From positions 248,214-312,213 of the forward strand of contig CAWHSA010000002.1 in NCBI GenBank assembly GCA_963831855.1: a DNA stretch of 64,000 nt, read 5' to 3'. Below, one piece after another: positions 30,904-43,229 of this stretch (positions are counted from its first letter, which is position 1; each line of letters starts with the position of its first letter). The notes below the pieces were generated by a model. That model was not told where the DNA came from. It was given only the letters and a program-made list of their open reading frames with translations, and ran no database searches. This DNA comes from an uncultured Bacteroidales bacterium (GTDB lineage Bacteria > Bacteroidota > Bacteroidia > Bacteroidales > VadinHA17). Both the position numbers and the translations under genes were made by a program.

Positions 30904-31309
30904 TCATTTCACAAACTTTAATGATCTGATAAATATAGCGTCCTCTTTGCCTGTCGGGAATTTTATAAATACATCGTGTTGTCCTGATATATTTTTAACG
31001 GCTTTTGAGAAAGCTTTCAGGTTATTTTCACCTCCGGTCGAACTCCCAGGTATTGTCGCGATTAATATGCCATTGATAAGGTAAATTCCGGTTTTGGCAG
31101 CTGAATCGCTTGCATCCAGAACAACCCTGGTTATAGCAGTATAATAGTGGCCAGTTTCTTTCCGGACCAAATGGGCTCGCTCGTTGTCGGGAGTTAACCT
31201 GCTGATAATAAGACGCAACTGCGCCCTCCTGAGCCATTACGAAAGATGCCGTCAGTACAGCCATTGCTACTATCCATATAATGCTTAAAAAAGATCTTCT
31301 TATTTTCAT
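30904..31309 (-). pseudogene. Small secreted CBM6/35-like beta-sandwich protein, apparently frameshifted
   Basis: Frame A (ATG 31309) reads MKIRRSFLSIIWIVAMAVLTASFVMAQEGAV..., a signal peptide, and then degenerates into a Cys-rich nonsense-like tail. The overlapping frame B (track ORF 30904-31218, TTG start) reads ...SRLTPDNERAHLVRKETGHYYTAITRVVLDASDSAAKTGIYLINGILIATIPGSSTGGENNLKAFSKAVKNISGQHDVFIKFPTGKEDAIFIRSLKFVK. Its last third looks like the C-terminal strands of CBM6/35-type modules. Frame B opens right after a TAA just 5' of the signal-peptide cleavage region, so a 1-nt indel near 31215-31240 would join the two frames. Confidence 0.4.
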
Positions 31310-31387
31310 ATGAATTATTTGACAAAATACATAAATCCGGCCAATTAACAATACTGAAAGAAAGAGTATAGAAGAAACATTCCAGGA

Positions 31388-31600
31388 TCATAAGCTATTG
31401 CCTGAGCCTCCATTTCCCCACTCCTGATCGGTGAAGGTATTTAAAGAGAAATGGAGAAAAGCATAATATTCCATTTTCTGCCATCTCATTTGATTCTAAT
31501 TCGGAACCGGCCCGGATGGTTCAGGTGGTTGAGTCTGGGCATAAGATGTGCCGGTCATAAGAGAGAAAAACATTATTCCCCAGATAATCTTTCTGATCAT
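31388..31600 (-). pseudogene. Relic of the 5' end of a GH29-type alpha-L-fucosidase gene (in-frame TAG, then truncated)
   Basis: My translation from ATG 31598-31600 reads [69 protein letters not shown]. The TAG is at 31496-31498 and the TGA at 31388-31390. W-x-x-x-E-YAFxHFxxNTFTDxEWGxG is the N-terminal signature I recall from one subgroup of GH29 fucosidases. Only about 70 codons remain. Confidence 0.45.
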
Positions 31601-31671
31601 TATGTGCTGAGTGTTTGAAAATTCATATACTTCAACTTTGTTATAAATATATCTGATAAATTGATCAATAA

Positions 31672-34143
31672 TTAAACTGGCGACAATACATATTTTTTAC
31701 CTGGTTTGGTAAAGAATTCCAGCACATAAGAGCCTTCCTGTTCCCTTGATTTTTCATTCGATCGCTGCACTTTCAAGGCAAAAGCTGAACGGATTATGCA
31801 TTTTTTATTCACATGTGCTTTTACAACCACTTTTAGAGGTATGCTGTTTTCCCAACTGATGTCCACAACGAAACCTCCGCGGGCAACAAGGCCTTTTACT
31901 TCCCCGTCTTTCCATATTTTTGGAAGAGCAGGCAGTAATTCGATACATCCACTTTGACTTTGCATCAACATCTCAGCGATTCCGGCTGTTCCGCCAAAGT
32001 TCCCGTCAATCTGGAAAGGTGGGTGGGCACAGAACAGGTTCGGGTAGGATCCACCCCCGTCCGACATATTCAGAGATGTAGTTTCTGTTGGTCTGAGAAG
32101 GTTTTTAAGCAACTGGTAAGCACGGTCACCATCCTTCAGCCTTGCCCAGAAATTAACTTTCCATGCCAACGACCAACCTGTACCGATATCTGTTCTGACA
32201 TCAAGGCTTTTTCTTGCTGCCTTGGCCAGATCAGGTGTTGTTAACGGGTCGATCTGATTTCCCGGGTAAAGCATGTACAGGTGGGAAACATGCCTGTGTC
32301 TTATATCAGTCTCCTTAAATTCCTCGCTCCATTCCATAATTCTTCCATCCGAACCAATCTGCGGAGTGGCAAGATTATTCAAAGCAATTCCAATCTTTGG
32401 CAGTAATGAATTATTTTCTTTCAGGATTTTCGATGCTTCAAGCACATTTGTGAACAATTCATATAAGACTTCCTGATCATGAGAAGGTCCCATACATATT
32501 GAGCCTACAGAGCCATCTGATGCAACAAATTGATTTTCCGGCGAAGTCGACGGGCCCGATACCAGCTTACCGGTCACCGGATCATTTACAAGCCAGTCGA
32601 GATAAAACTGTGCTGCTCTCAACATCACCGGGTAAACCCTTTCAAGGTATTTATGGTCCATAGTGAACTGATAATGTTCCCAGAGATGCCGGCATAACCA
32701 TCCTCCACCGGCCACATACATACCCCAGGATGTTCCTTCTCCCGGGGCAGTATATCCCCAGACATTAGTAATAGCCTCAACGCACCATCCTGTTGCGTTA
32801 TACTGTACTGTTGCCGTTACCTCTCCAGGTTTTACAAGCGATTCGATCAGAGTAGAAAAGGGTCCGAAACATTCCGGAAGATTTGTTACCTCGGCAGGCC
32901 AATAGTTCATCTGAACGTTGATATTTGTATGATAATCGCCGTTCCATGGTGTTTGGATCTTATTTGACCACACACCCTGCAAATTGGCTGGCAGTGATCC
33001 TTCCCGTGAAGAGGAAATAAGCAGGTAGCGTCCAAACTGAAAATATACTTCCTGCAGATAAAAGTCATCGGGATTCTTCAACTGGTTTTTCAAGCGCATG
33101 TCGGTCGGAACAGTATCCGGCTTAAAACCTGACAAATTCAGGCTTACTTTATTGAAGAGAGAAGAATAATCATCGGTATGTCTTTTTAAGAGAGCCTGAT
33201 AGGGCCTCGAAGCTGCAATGTTGATCTGGTCGAGGGTCGTGATTTTGGGATCTTCGCCAAGGTATAGAGGGTATTCCTGTTTGTAATTAGTTGAGGCAGT
33301 CAGCAGCATCGTCACATCATCAGCCCCCTGAATTATAATAAGGCTGTCGGAATAGATTACTCTGCCACCTTGTGCAATAGCTTTTAACCGTTCTGCATAT
33401 TGCATACCGTCGCCTCCTTTACCGTTGCTCAATGTCCCCCGCATCATCAGGTTATTCTTTTCATTGCTTGTTATAAACCGTTCATGGCGGGTCAGCCTGG
33501 CCTTAAAACTTATTGCGCCCATTTTGCTCGAAGTAAAATGCATTACCAAAACCCGGTCAGGGTAACTGACAAAAATTTCGCGCTGATAGATGATCCCTTC
33601 CTGCTTATAAGAGATTTTTACAACTCCACGGTTAAGATCCAGTTCACGGGTATAATCGCTATACAATGAGTTCTTGTCAAAATCCAGCACGAGTTCACCC
33701 ATAGTCTGGTAGCTTCCATAAGGTGCCTTCGCACCGCTTCCCCTTCCAGTTCCAACACCTTTACAAACTTGTGTATTACTCGTCAGCTCATTAGCCTCTT
33801 TGTACCTTTTTTCAAAAAGCAATTGCCTGATTTTGACTAATGTCTCGGCAGCTACCGGATTATTATTATCGTCAGGACTGCCTGACCACAATGTCTTTTC
33901 ATTCAACTGGATAAGTTCCCGGTTTACATCGCCATATACCATAGCCCCCATAAACCCATTGCCAACCGGCAGTGCTTTTAGCCATTCAGTTTCATTGCCA
34001 CTGCCTTTTTTCCCATCTATTGTTTGGGAATCAGCGGGTTTATCATACCATAACCGGAGCTTCTTTGCGGCTGCATTTTGAGAAAAAAGACTGTTTCCGA
34101 TAAGTAATGAAAGGAATAATGTGACAAGTGTCTTCCTATCCAT
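31672..34143 (-). CDS. GH95 glycoside hydrolase (second, divergent paralog)
   Basis: 823 aa with a signal peptide. [10 protein letters not shown]...[15 protein letters not shown]...[14 protein letters not shown]. Signature [20 protein letters not shown]-terminus [25 protein letters not shown]. Confidence 0.85.
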   Translation of the reverse strand: MDRKTLVTLFLSLLIGNSLFSQNAAAKKLRLWYDKPADSQTIDGKKGSGNETEWLKALPVGNGFMGAMVYGDVNRELIQLNEKTLWSGSPDDNNNPVAAETLVKIRQLLFEKRYKEANELTSNTQVCKGVGTGRGSGAKAPYGSYQTMGELVLDFDKNSLYSDYTRELDLNRGVVKISYKQEGIIYQREIFVSYPDRVLVMHFTSSKMGAISFKARLTRHERFITSNEKNNLMMRGTLSNGKGGDGMQYAERLKAIAQGGRVIYSDSLIIIQGADDVTMLLTASTNYKQEYPLYLGEDPKITTLDQINIAASRPYQALLKRHTDDYSSLFNKVSLNLSGFKPDTVPTDMRLKNQLKNPDDFYLQEVYFQFGRYLLISSSREGSLPANLQGVWSNKIQTPWNGDYHTNINVQMNYWPAEVTNLPECFGPFSTLIESLVKPGEVTATVQYNATGWCVEAITNVWGYTAPGEGTSWGMYVAGGGWLCRHLWEHYQFTMDHKYLERVYPVMLRAAQFYLDWLVNDPVTGKLVSGPSTSPENQFVASDGSVGSICMGPSHDQEVLYELFTNVLEASKILKENNSLLPKIGIALNNLATPQIGSDGRIMEWSEEFKETDIRHRHVSHLYMLYPGNQIDPLTTPDLAKAARKSLDVRTDIGTGWSLAWKVNFWARLKDGDRAYQLLKNLLRPTETTSLNMSDGGGSYPNLFCAHPPFQIDGNFGGTAGIAEMLMQSQSGCIELLPALPKIWKDGEVKGLVARGGFVVDISWENSIPLKVVVKAHVNKKCIIRSAFALKVQRSNEKSREQEGSYVLEFFTKPGKKYVLSPV

Positions 34144-34154
34144 ATTCTATTATT

Positions 34155-37331
<3,177 letters not shown>

Positions 37332-38847
37332 CTACTGCCACCCTACCTTTGACATAGGAATACTTTCATAGAAAGAATCAGGGTTTATACCCTGTCGCAC
37401 TATTTTTATATCTTCCCCTACACTGGTTGCAAAACTAATGAGATAACCGGTGAGGTCTTCAGTCTTTACCCCGTTCCTGTAAAGAGATATGGTTTTCCCG
37501 GGCCATGGGTTTCTTATCCTGCATGTCCCTCCAGGCTGTGAGTTTATCTCTAAAAAGCTTACTTCGCTGTTCTTTACGGAAGACGAAACCAAAAATCCGC
37601 CTTTTGCAAGAAGCTTGAAGTATGCAGGTTTATTTTTATCCCATGCAGGGAATACTCTTATAACAGGATCTCCTCCCGGCGTTGCAGATATACTCTGCAT
37701 AAGTCCATCCTGCAGCCCTGCACTTAAAATGCCATATCCTCCAAATTCTGCCCAGTCGGATGTGACAAAACCAAGACGGTTTGTACTACTTCCTACTTTA
37801 CTATTTATTTCACTATTAAGATTGTTTAATACAATATTGAACTCACTTCGTCCAAGTGCTGCAGCATCAAGCAGAAATCTACTAAGGTTGGAACCGTAAT
37901 CGCCCAATGACAAGTTCGTGTTATACGCGACGTTAGCTTCAAAAGAATTATTGGCAATCGCCCAATCTCCACCTTCCAGTCCCTGGTCTTTGGTCTCAAG
38001 GGTCAATATATCATAGTTTTCAAGCATCCGCAAACGAGGACTTTGAGGCTCTTTTTCAATAGCGTCATATCTCACTTGCGCTGCCGGGGTTCTGGCCTGT
38101 CCCCAGGTTGTATAGCCAAGGGGATGTGTAATTGAACCGATAGTATTCGGCTGTCCGCTCATCGGGTAAGATGCGAGGTTATCAACTATATCCTGCTGCC
38201 GAAGGCTGCTCAAATATCTGCTTCAACCTTATTTGTCTGCCGCTATTGCTTGTTTTAGTAGTAGCTGTATGAGTACCGATTACTTCATCCGGATCCTTCA
38301 GCATAACAAGGTCAATATTGATGGAAGACGGGTAAGATCTGTTATCATTGATTTCTAAGACAAATACATCCGAGTTCGTATCACCGATTAATTCAACATT
38401 CACTCCATTACCCTGAATTACCAATTTACCATCATACAGGGAAAGGTGCTGACTTGTTGAAGATGTTAATGGATTGCCTCCCAGGTTCACAATAAGAAAT
38501 CCACAGCCATAACCGTTATCATTATGTCCGTCCAATGAACCTGTAGCTGCACTGTTCCAGCCAAAAACATCAACACGATTAATCTGGAGGTTTAATGAAT
38601 GGTCATTATTGCTCCAGACAAGGCTGCCCATACTGCCGGTTCCCATCGGCATTCCATGACGAGAAGTTGTTATAATACCTGTATGAAGTACATCCCCGGA
38701 AGATACCAATTGCTGGTAATTCATACTTATAATTGGAGTCGACAAAACACCATTTACTATGGTACAACCGGTTGCCATAATAAATAGAGAAGATATAAGT
38801 ATAGACGTCAAAATAAATGTTCTGTCTTTTTTGGATTTCTTAAACAT
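37332..38847 (-). pseudogene. GH95-like protein split into two overlapping ORFs (38182-38847 and 37332-38213) and lacking the GH95 catalytic signature
   Basis: The N-ORF has a lipoprotein-like signal (LFIMATGC) and GMPMGTGSMGSLVWSNNDHSLNLQINRVDVFGWNS, which parallels [14 protein letters not shown]...[10 protein letters not shown] of the intact GH95s. The C-ORF has YGILSAGLQDGLMQSISATPGGDPVIRVFPAWDKNKPAYFKLLAKGGFLVSS, which parallels [22 protein letters not shown]...[10 protein letters not shown]. The two frames overlap by 32 nt, and the second frame opens immediately after a TGA, which is consistent with a 1-nt indel. The joined length is about 510 aa versus about 800. No NINxQMNYWP motif is present. 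Confidence 0.55.
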
Positions 38848-39098
38848 AGAAATATCTCCTGTTAAATTAAATTGTTAATTGACTAAACCTTGTAGTTTCA
38901 CTGATAAATATAAGTACTTCATAAACACTTTTTGCTATCCAAAACCCCTCATTTCAACATATACACTTAAATTTGATAAATAAATCGTCCAGTCTCATCA
39001 GACCATCTCATTTCTTTAATAATGCCAGTTCAATACCGCTGAAAACCAAATTAAAATGTAAATAAGAAAACAACAAATCCGATGTAAAAATTTATCCT

Positions 39099-40364
39099 AT
39101 GAAAAAAAAATTATTAGTTTTTATTGGAATCATTTTTCTGTTGACAGGTTCCTTAACAGCGAAAGAACCACTGAAAGATTACAGTTTCATCCGTGGAGTT
39201 TGCCACAACTTAAGTCCCAACCAGGAAATCCTGGAGAGGGATTTGGGATTTATGAAAAGGCTTCAGTTAAACAGCACTCGTATCTGGCTTAGTCAAAGGG
39301 CTTATGAGAGTAATCCTGAAGAGTATATTAAAAGAGTGGTTAATTATGTCCGGACATGTAATAAATATGGAGTAACTGTCATGCCCATTTTCTTTAACGG
39401 CACTTTTCCTGCACTTTTGGAAAAGAATGCAAAAGAAAGTGGTGAAAAATATGTAACAGCAATTGTCAATGCTTTAAAAAATGAAGAAGGCCTTTTAATG
39501 TGGGATATTATGAACGAACCCGAAATGAATGATTACTACAGGAAGGCACCACCGGAAGAACAGGAGAAACGCAATGATGAAATTGCAGGTTTTGTTCGTC
39601 ACTTTATTACATACGTAAAAAAAATTGACCCGGTAAATGCTGTAACAGTTGGTCACTGGCTATCAAAATTTTGTGCAAATACATCTGATTTGGTCGATGT
39701 GATTTCTTTTCACGATTATCTTGAAACCCGTTCCCGCGTTGAGAAAAGTTATGCTATTGCCGAGGAGTTTTCAAAAAAATACAACAAACCTTTAATCAAC
39801 AGTGAATTGTGCTGCATTGGCCGTTCCAATCCTTATGACATGGCTATTCAAATTGCCGATGAGCATAATGTAGGGTGGTATGTTTTTAACCTTATAATCA
39901 GCGGCTACTGGAGCGATATCCACGGACTGATTTATCCTGACGGAACTATCCGGGATCCTTCGTCAATTGCTGCAATCTACGGTTTTTACAGAAAACGCGA
40001 TTTAAATACTACAGTAAAAGCACTCCCTAACAGGGAAGAACATGCAGAGAAAGCCATCGCTCTTTTAGAAAAAGTACTTGATGGCGATCTTGATGTATTT
40101 CCAGATGTATTTGGAATTGAACCTTTTAGAGCTTCGGGAAACAGACCTTCGGGAAATTCGGTTGATGATATTCTGGAAGCTGCCGAATATTGCGCAAACC
40201 TGCTTGAAGGCGGTGAAATGGTTCCAATGAGGGAGTCGCCTACTGCTAAAATAGAAACCTGGAGGAAAATGTCTGCCGAAGATAAAGAAAAAGCAAGAGG
40301 GGAAATTCGTAAGTTTGCTTATGATCTTGGTCTGCAGCTAAAAGAGTGGTGCGAACTGTTCTAA
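39099..40364 (+). CDS. Clan GH-A (GH5-like) TIM-barrel glycoside hydrolase, family uncertain
   Basis: 421 aa with a signal peptide. FIRGVCHNLSPNQEILERDLGFMKRLQLNSTRIWL. LLMWDIMNEPE (the NEP acid/base motif of clan GH-A). ISFHDY. NSELCC (candidate nucleophile Glu). One of only two plus-strand genes called in the window, and the only one inside the cluster. Confidence 0.55.
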   Translation: MKKKLLVFIGIIFLLTGSLTAKEPLKDYSFIRGVCHNLSPNQEILERDLGFMKRLQLNSTRIWLSQRAYESNPEEYIKRVVNYVRTCNKYGVTVMPIFFNGTFPALLEKNAKESGEKYVTAIVNALKNEEGLLMWDIMNEPEMNDYYRKAPPEEQEKRNDEIAGFVRHFITYVKKIDPVNAVTVGHWLSKFCANTSDLVDVISFHDYLETRSRVEKSYAIAEEFSKKYNKPLINSELCCIGRSNPYDMAIQIADEHNVGWYVFNLIISGYWSDIHGLIYPDGTIRDPSSIAAIYGFYRKRDLNTTVKALPNREEHAEKAIALLEKVLDGDLDVFPDVFGIEPFRASGNRPSGNSVDDILEAAEYCANLLEGGEMVPMRESPTAKIETWRKMSAEDKEKARGEIRKFAYDLGLQLKEWCELF

Positions 40365-40475
40365 AGATAACTTACTGATTTATTAGAAGTATAAGGCTCT
40401 TTTTATTGAATTAATTAATGATCTTATTTCCGTAATTTTACGACATAAACAACTCTGCTTATGGATTATATGCTA

Positions 40476-41525
40476 CTATTTTTTAAGGTATCCGACTTCC
40501 CGGTAATACTTCTCAGCTCCGGGGTGCAACGGAACGCCAAAATTTTGCCAGACAGTCCTGGAATCGTAAGTGTAAACCCTGATGAACCATTTAAGTGCAC
40601 TGCGATTTTCATCGATAGCTTTGGCAAGATCATACGCTGCCTGTTCAGGAGTGTCGTCACGGGCAAAGACAGATTCGCCTGAGCGGCCCAGAGTTTTAAT
40701 CCTGCGATTAACTCCCCTGATCAGGCCATTATGTGCTGTAACGAGTTCTGCATCAACATTTAGCTGAGCAATTAGTTTTAGCAGATCCTCGGGCAATTCC
40801 ATAAAATACAGGTCAAATTTCTGGCTTAAGGTGGTCCATAAAGAAGATTCAGGGTTCAATGACGGGCTTGCAAGAAAACCGGCAAAAATATCAAAATCGC
40901 CTTTCAGGGCTTCTTCAGCTGTAACTCCCGTTTTTCCGCCCCAGGCTTTAATGTCATCCGTAGTTATACCGTAATATTTCAGAATTGCTGACATATTTCC
41001 ATCTGCACCCATAATCCTGACAGGAAGTTGTTGCTGTTTGATACGTGCAAAGTCTTTTATCCCCGACTCCTTTCTTACGGCAACCATATAATAGAACGGA
41101 TCTTCGATTTTTGCTATCAGACGAAGGTTTTGATAGGGACCTTTAAAGGCAGAACTTAACATGGAACTTGATGTAACGCCAAAATCAACACGCGCATCAA
41201 CTCGTACATTAACACCATCGTTAAGGTTAATTTCATCAAGTGGTGGCGGATAATCATGTTGGGAGACAAGACGTGCTCCGTACGACCTGTTACAATTACG
41301 GCAAATAATTACAGAATAGCCATGGGGTTTCATGGCCTCCTGGACATAGTCGGCCAGTTCTCCCCACGGACATCCGTTGTCGCAGGCACCAGCCATTACC
41401 GGCCTTTTAACATCCCAGCCGGTTTTTCCGACATCAAAATCTTCCTGTGCGATGATAATATCCGGCGACTGGAGTATTACTGAAAAGAGAATTACACACT
41501 GTAAAATCTTCCGTCTGACTCTCAT
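40476..41525 (-). CDS. TAXI-family (TRAP-associated) periplasmic solute-binding protein-like, orphan
   Basis: 349 aa with a signal peptide. The C-terminus ...TVWQNFGVPLHPGAEKYYREVGYLKK matches the vPlHPGAxxYYxExG ending I recall for TAXI solute receptors. It has a bilobal SBP-like length. Cys pairs are present (GACDNGCPWGE, ICRNCNRS). No TRAP membrane (DctQM-like) gene is in the window. Confidence 0.55.
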   Translation of the reverse strand: MRVRRKILQCVILFSVILQSPDIIIAQEDFDVGKTGWDVKRPVMAGACDNGCPWGELADYVQEAMKPHGYSVIICRNCNRSYGARLVSQHDYPPPLDEINLNDGVNVRVDARVDFGVTSSSMLSSAFKGPYQNLRLIAKIEDPFYYMVAVRKESGIKDFARIKQQQLPVRIMGADGNMSAILKYYGITTDDIKAWGGKTGVTAEEALKGDFDIFAGFLASPSLNPESSLWTTLSQKFDLYFMELPEDLLKLIAQLNVDAELVTAHNGLIRGVNRRIKTLGRSGESVFARDDTPEQAAYDLAKAIDENRSALKWFIRVYTYDSRTVWQNFGVPLHPGAEKYYREVGYLKK

Positions 41526-41557
41526 AATAGAAGGTGATTATTTTATGGTTATTTAAA

Positions 41558-43114
41558 TCATTTAGCCCATGCGTCTCCTTCCGGTGTCCGTCGCCATGCG
41601 AAATAAGCGTCAAGGCTTTTAAGTGATTCTGCACTCGGTACCGGACCTGTGTGAGGAGTCTTGTTAAAATACATTACAACCGGGTTTGAATCACTGAAAG
41701 CCGGCCACACGGGAACTCCGTTACCACCCGGATCTCCGTTTTTGGCAAAATTTGTCCAGTAAGTAGCCATAGCTTCTGAAATTTCCAGGTCAGTTTTTGT
41801 AATCTGCGGATTTGAAGCATTCAGGTGCTGGAATACATAGGCTACATCCTGACCATGGGGAGAACCACGTCCGGCCTGCGGGGAATCCTCAGGGTAGTCG
41901 GGGTGCTGATCAAAATAGTAATAGAAGGCTTTAGATTTTCCCATTTTGGATTGCAGCCTTGCCCAGATCCATGTATGCCAGCCGAAAGCTGCATCGCGTG
42001 CCAGATCGCGGGCTGTTTTCGGAACCGTAGTTGTACCGGCGGGATAAGCCCTGATAAGGCTTTCTGCAAAAGTTCCATAGCGCGACTTTACTCCTTCAAT
42101 GTATGCCTCAGGGGTACGGGGCGGGGAGAAACTTGCACCCTCATCGGAGTTATAACCAACCAGTATCGGAGTGTCATTAAACCGGCCTGCTGAATAGAGC
42201 TTGTATTGATCGTCAGGTATTACATATCCATCTATAATCGGCCATGACATTCCGCGTACAGCCGGCAGTTTATCGGCAGGCAATTTCCTTAGTTCGGCTA
42301 TTGAAGATATGCCGGCATTTTTAAGATATGCCTGTCCGTCACGTTCTGCATCGGCAAGACGTTTCTGGTTCTCACCCGGGAAGGTAGTTGGCCTTGGAGG
42401 TCCGAAGTTTCCTCCACTTTGAGAAATGGCACCATGGAATAATCCTTTTGCAAGAGGCGATGCGCACAACATGCTGACAGCTATTCCTCCGGCTGATTCT
42501 CCGAATATTGTAACCTTTTTAGGATCACCTCCAAATGCGGCTATATTCTTCTGTATCCATTTGAGACCAGCGATCATATCGAGAAGGCCATAATTACCCG
42601 AAACATGACGTGGACTCTCTGTGCTCAACTCCGGGTGCGCTAAAAAACCGAGCTGGCCGACACGGTAAGCGATGCTGACCAGCACCACGCCCTTCCTGGC
42701 CAGATTCTCTCCGCTGTAATTCCGTTCTGATGTGGCTCCAGCACCAAATCCGCCGCCGTAGATCCATACGAGCACCGGGATACGATCGCCTTTGGATTTC
42801 GCCGGTGTCCAGATGTTAAGATAAAGGCAATCCTCGCTTTTTCCCGAAGGAGGATTCCCACCCTGAATGGGGCCGGGAGCAAACTCCAGCGTTTGTTTGA
42901 CACCTTCCCATTTTGAAGGCTGTTGAGGAGCTCGCCAACGCAAATCTCCAACGGGTGGTGCTGCAAATGGAATTCCTTTGTACACTGTAAGACCATCTTC
43001 AGTTTTTCCCTGTACCAGCCCTCCATCAACTTTTATGGGAGAAGGTTGCTGAGCGATGCCAGATCCGGTAATTAATACCACAAACATCGCAATCAGAAAT
43101 GCTGTTTTCTTCAT
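41558..43114 (-). CDS. Type-B carboxylesterase/lipase family protein
   Basis: 518 aa with a signal peptide. EDCLYLNIWTP, VWIYGGGFGAG (oxyanion region), VTIFGESAGG (the GESAG nucleophile motif). Confidence 0.85.
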   Translation of the reverse strand: MKKTAFLIAMFVVLITGSGIAQQPSPIKVDGGLVQGKTEDGLTVYKGIPFAAPPVGDLRWRAPQQPSKWEGVKQTLEFAPGPIQGGNPPSGKSEDCLYLNIWTPAKSKGDRIPVLVWIYGGGFGAGATSERNYSGENLARKGVVLVSIAYRVGQLGFLAHPELSTESPRHVSGNYGLLDMIAGLKWIQKNIAAFGGDPKKVTIFGESAGGIAVSMLCASPLAKGLFHGAISQSGGNFGPPRPTTFPGENQKRLADAERDGQAYLKNAGISSIAELRKLPADKLPAVRGMSWPIIDGYVIPDDQYKLYSAGRFNDTPILVGYNSDEGASFSPPRTPEAYIEGVKSRYGTFAESLIRAYPAGTTTVPKTARDLARDAAFGWHTWIWARLQSKMGKSKAFYYYFDQHPDYPEDSPQAGRGSPHGQDVAYVFQHLNASNPQITKTDLEISEAMATYWTNFAKNGDPGGNGVPVWPAFSDSNPVVMYFNKTPHTGPVPSAESLKSLDAYFAWRRTPEGDAWAK

Positions 43115-43229
43115 AATACATACATTAAGTGAAATAAATTTCTTTGCTTCTTCTTTTACTAAATGTCTTCAATTTTCTTTGGATTTATTCTGATAAAAGT
43201 TCAAATAACAGGTGAATTCCCAATGTCGT

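Noticed and set aside
31028-31351. An RlpA-like reading of frame A of the small gene, suggested by the ASYY motif after the signal peptide.
   Set aside because: Beyond ASYY, the sequence does not follow the RlpA double-psi beta-barrel pattern. It becomes Cys-rich and nonsense-like, whereas the overlapping frame B gives a coherent beta-sandwich-like sequence.
31496-31498. The in-frame TAG in the GH29-like stub as stop-codon recoding or programmed read-through.
   Set aside because: TAG is used as an ordinary stop elsewhere in the window, for example by the propeller gene at 58876-58878. The frame ends again about 35 codons later, with none of the rest of a GH29 domain following. A relic is the simpler explanation.
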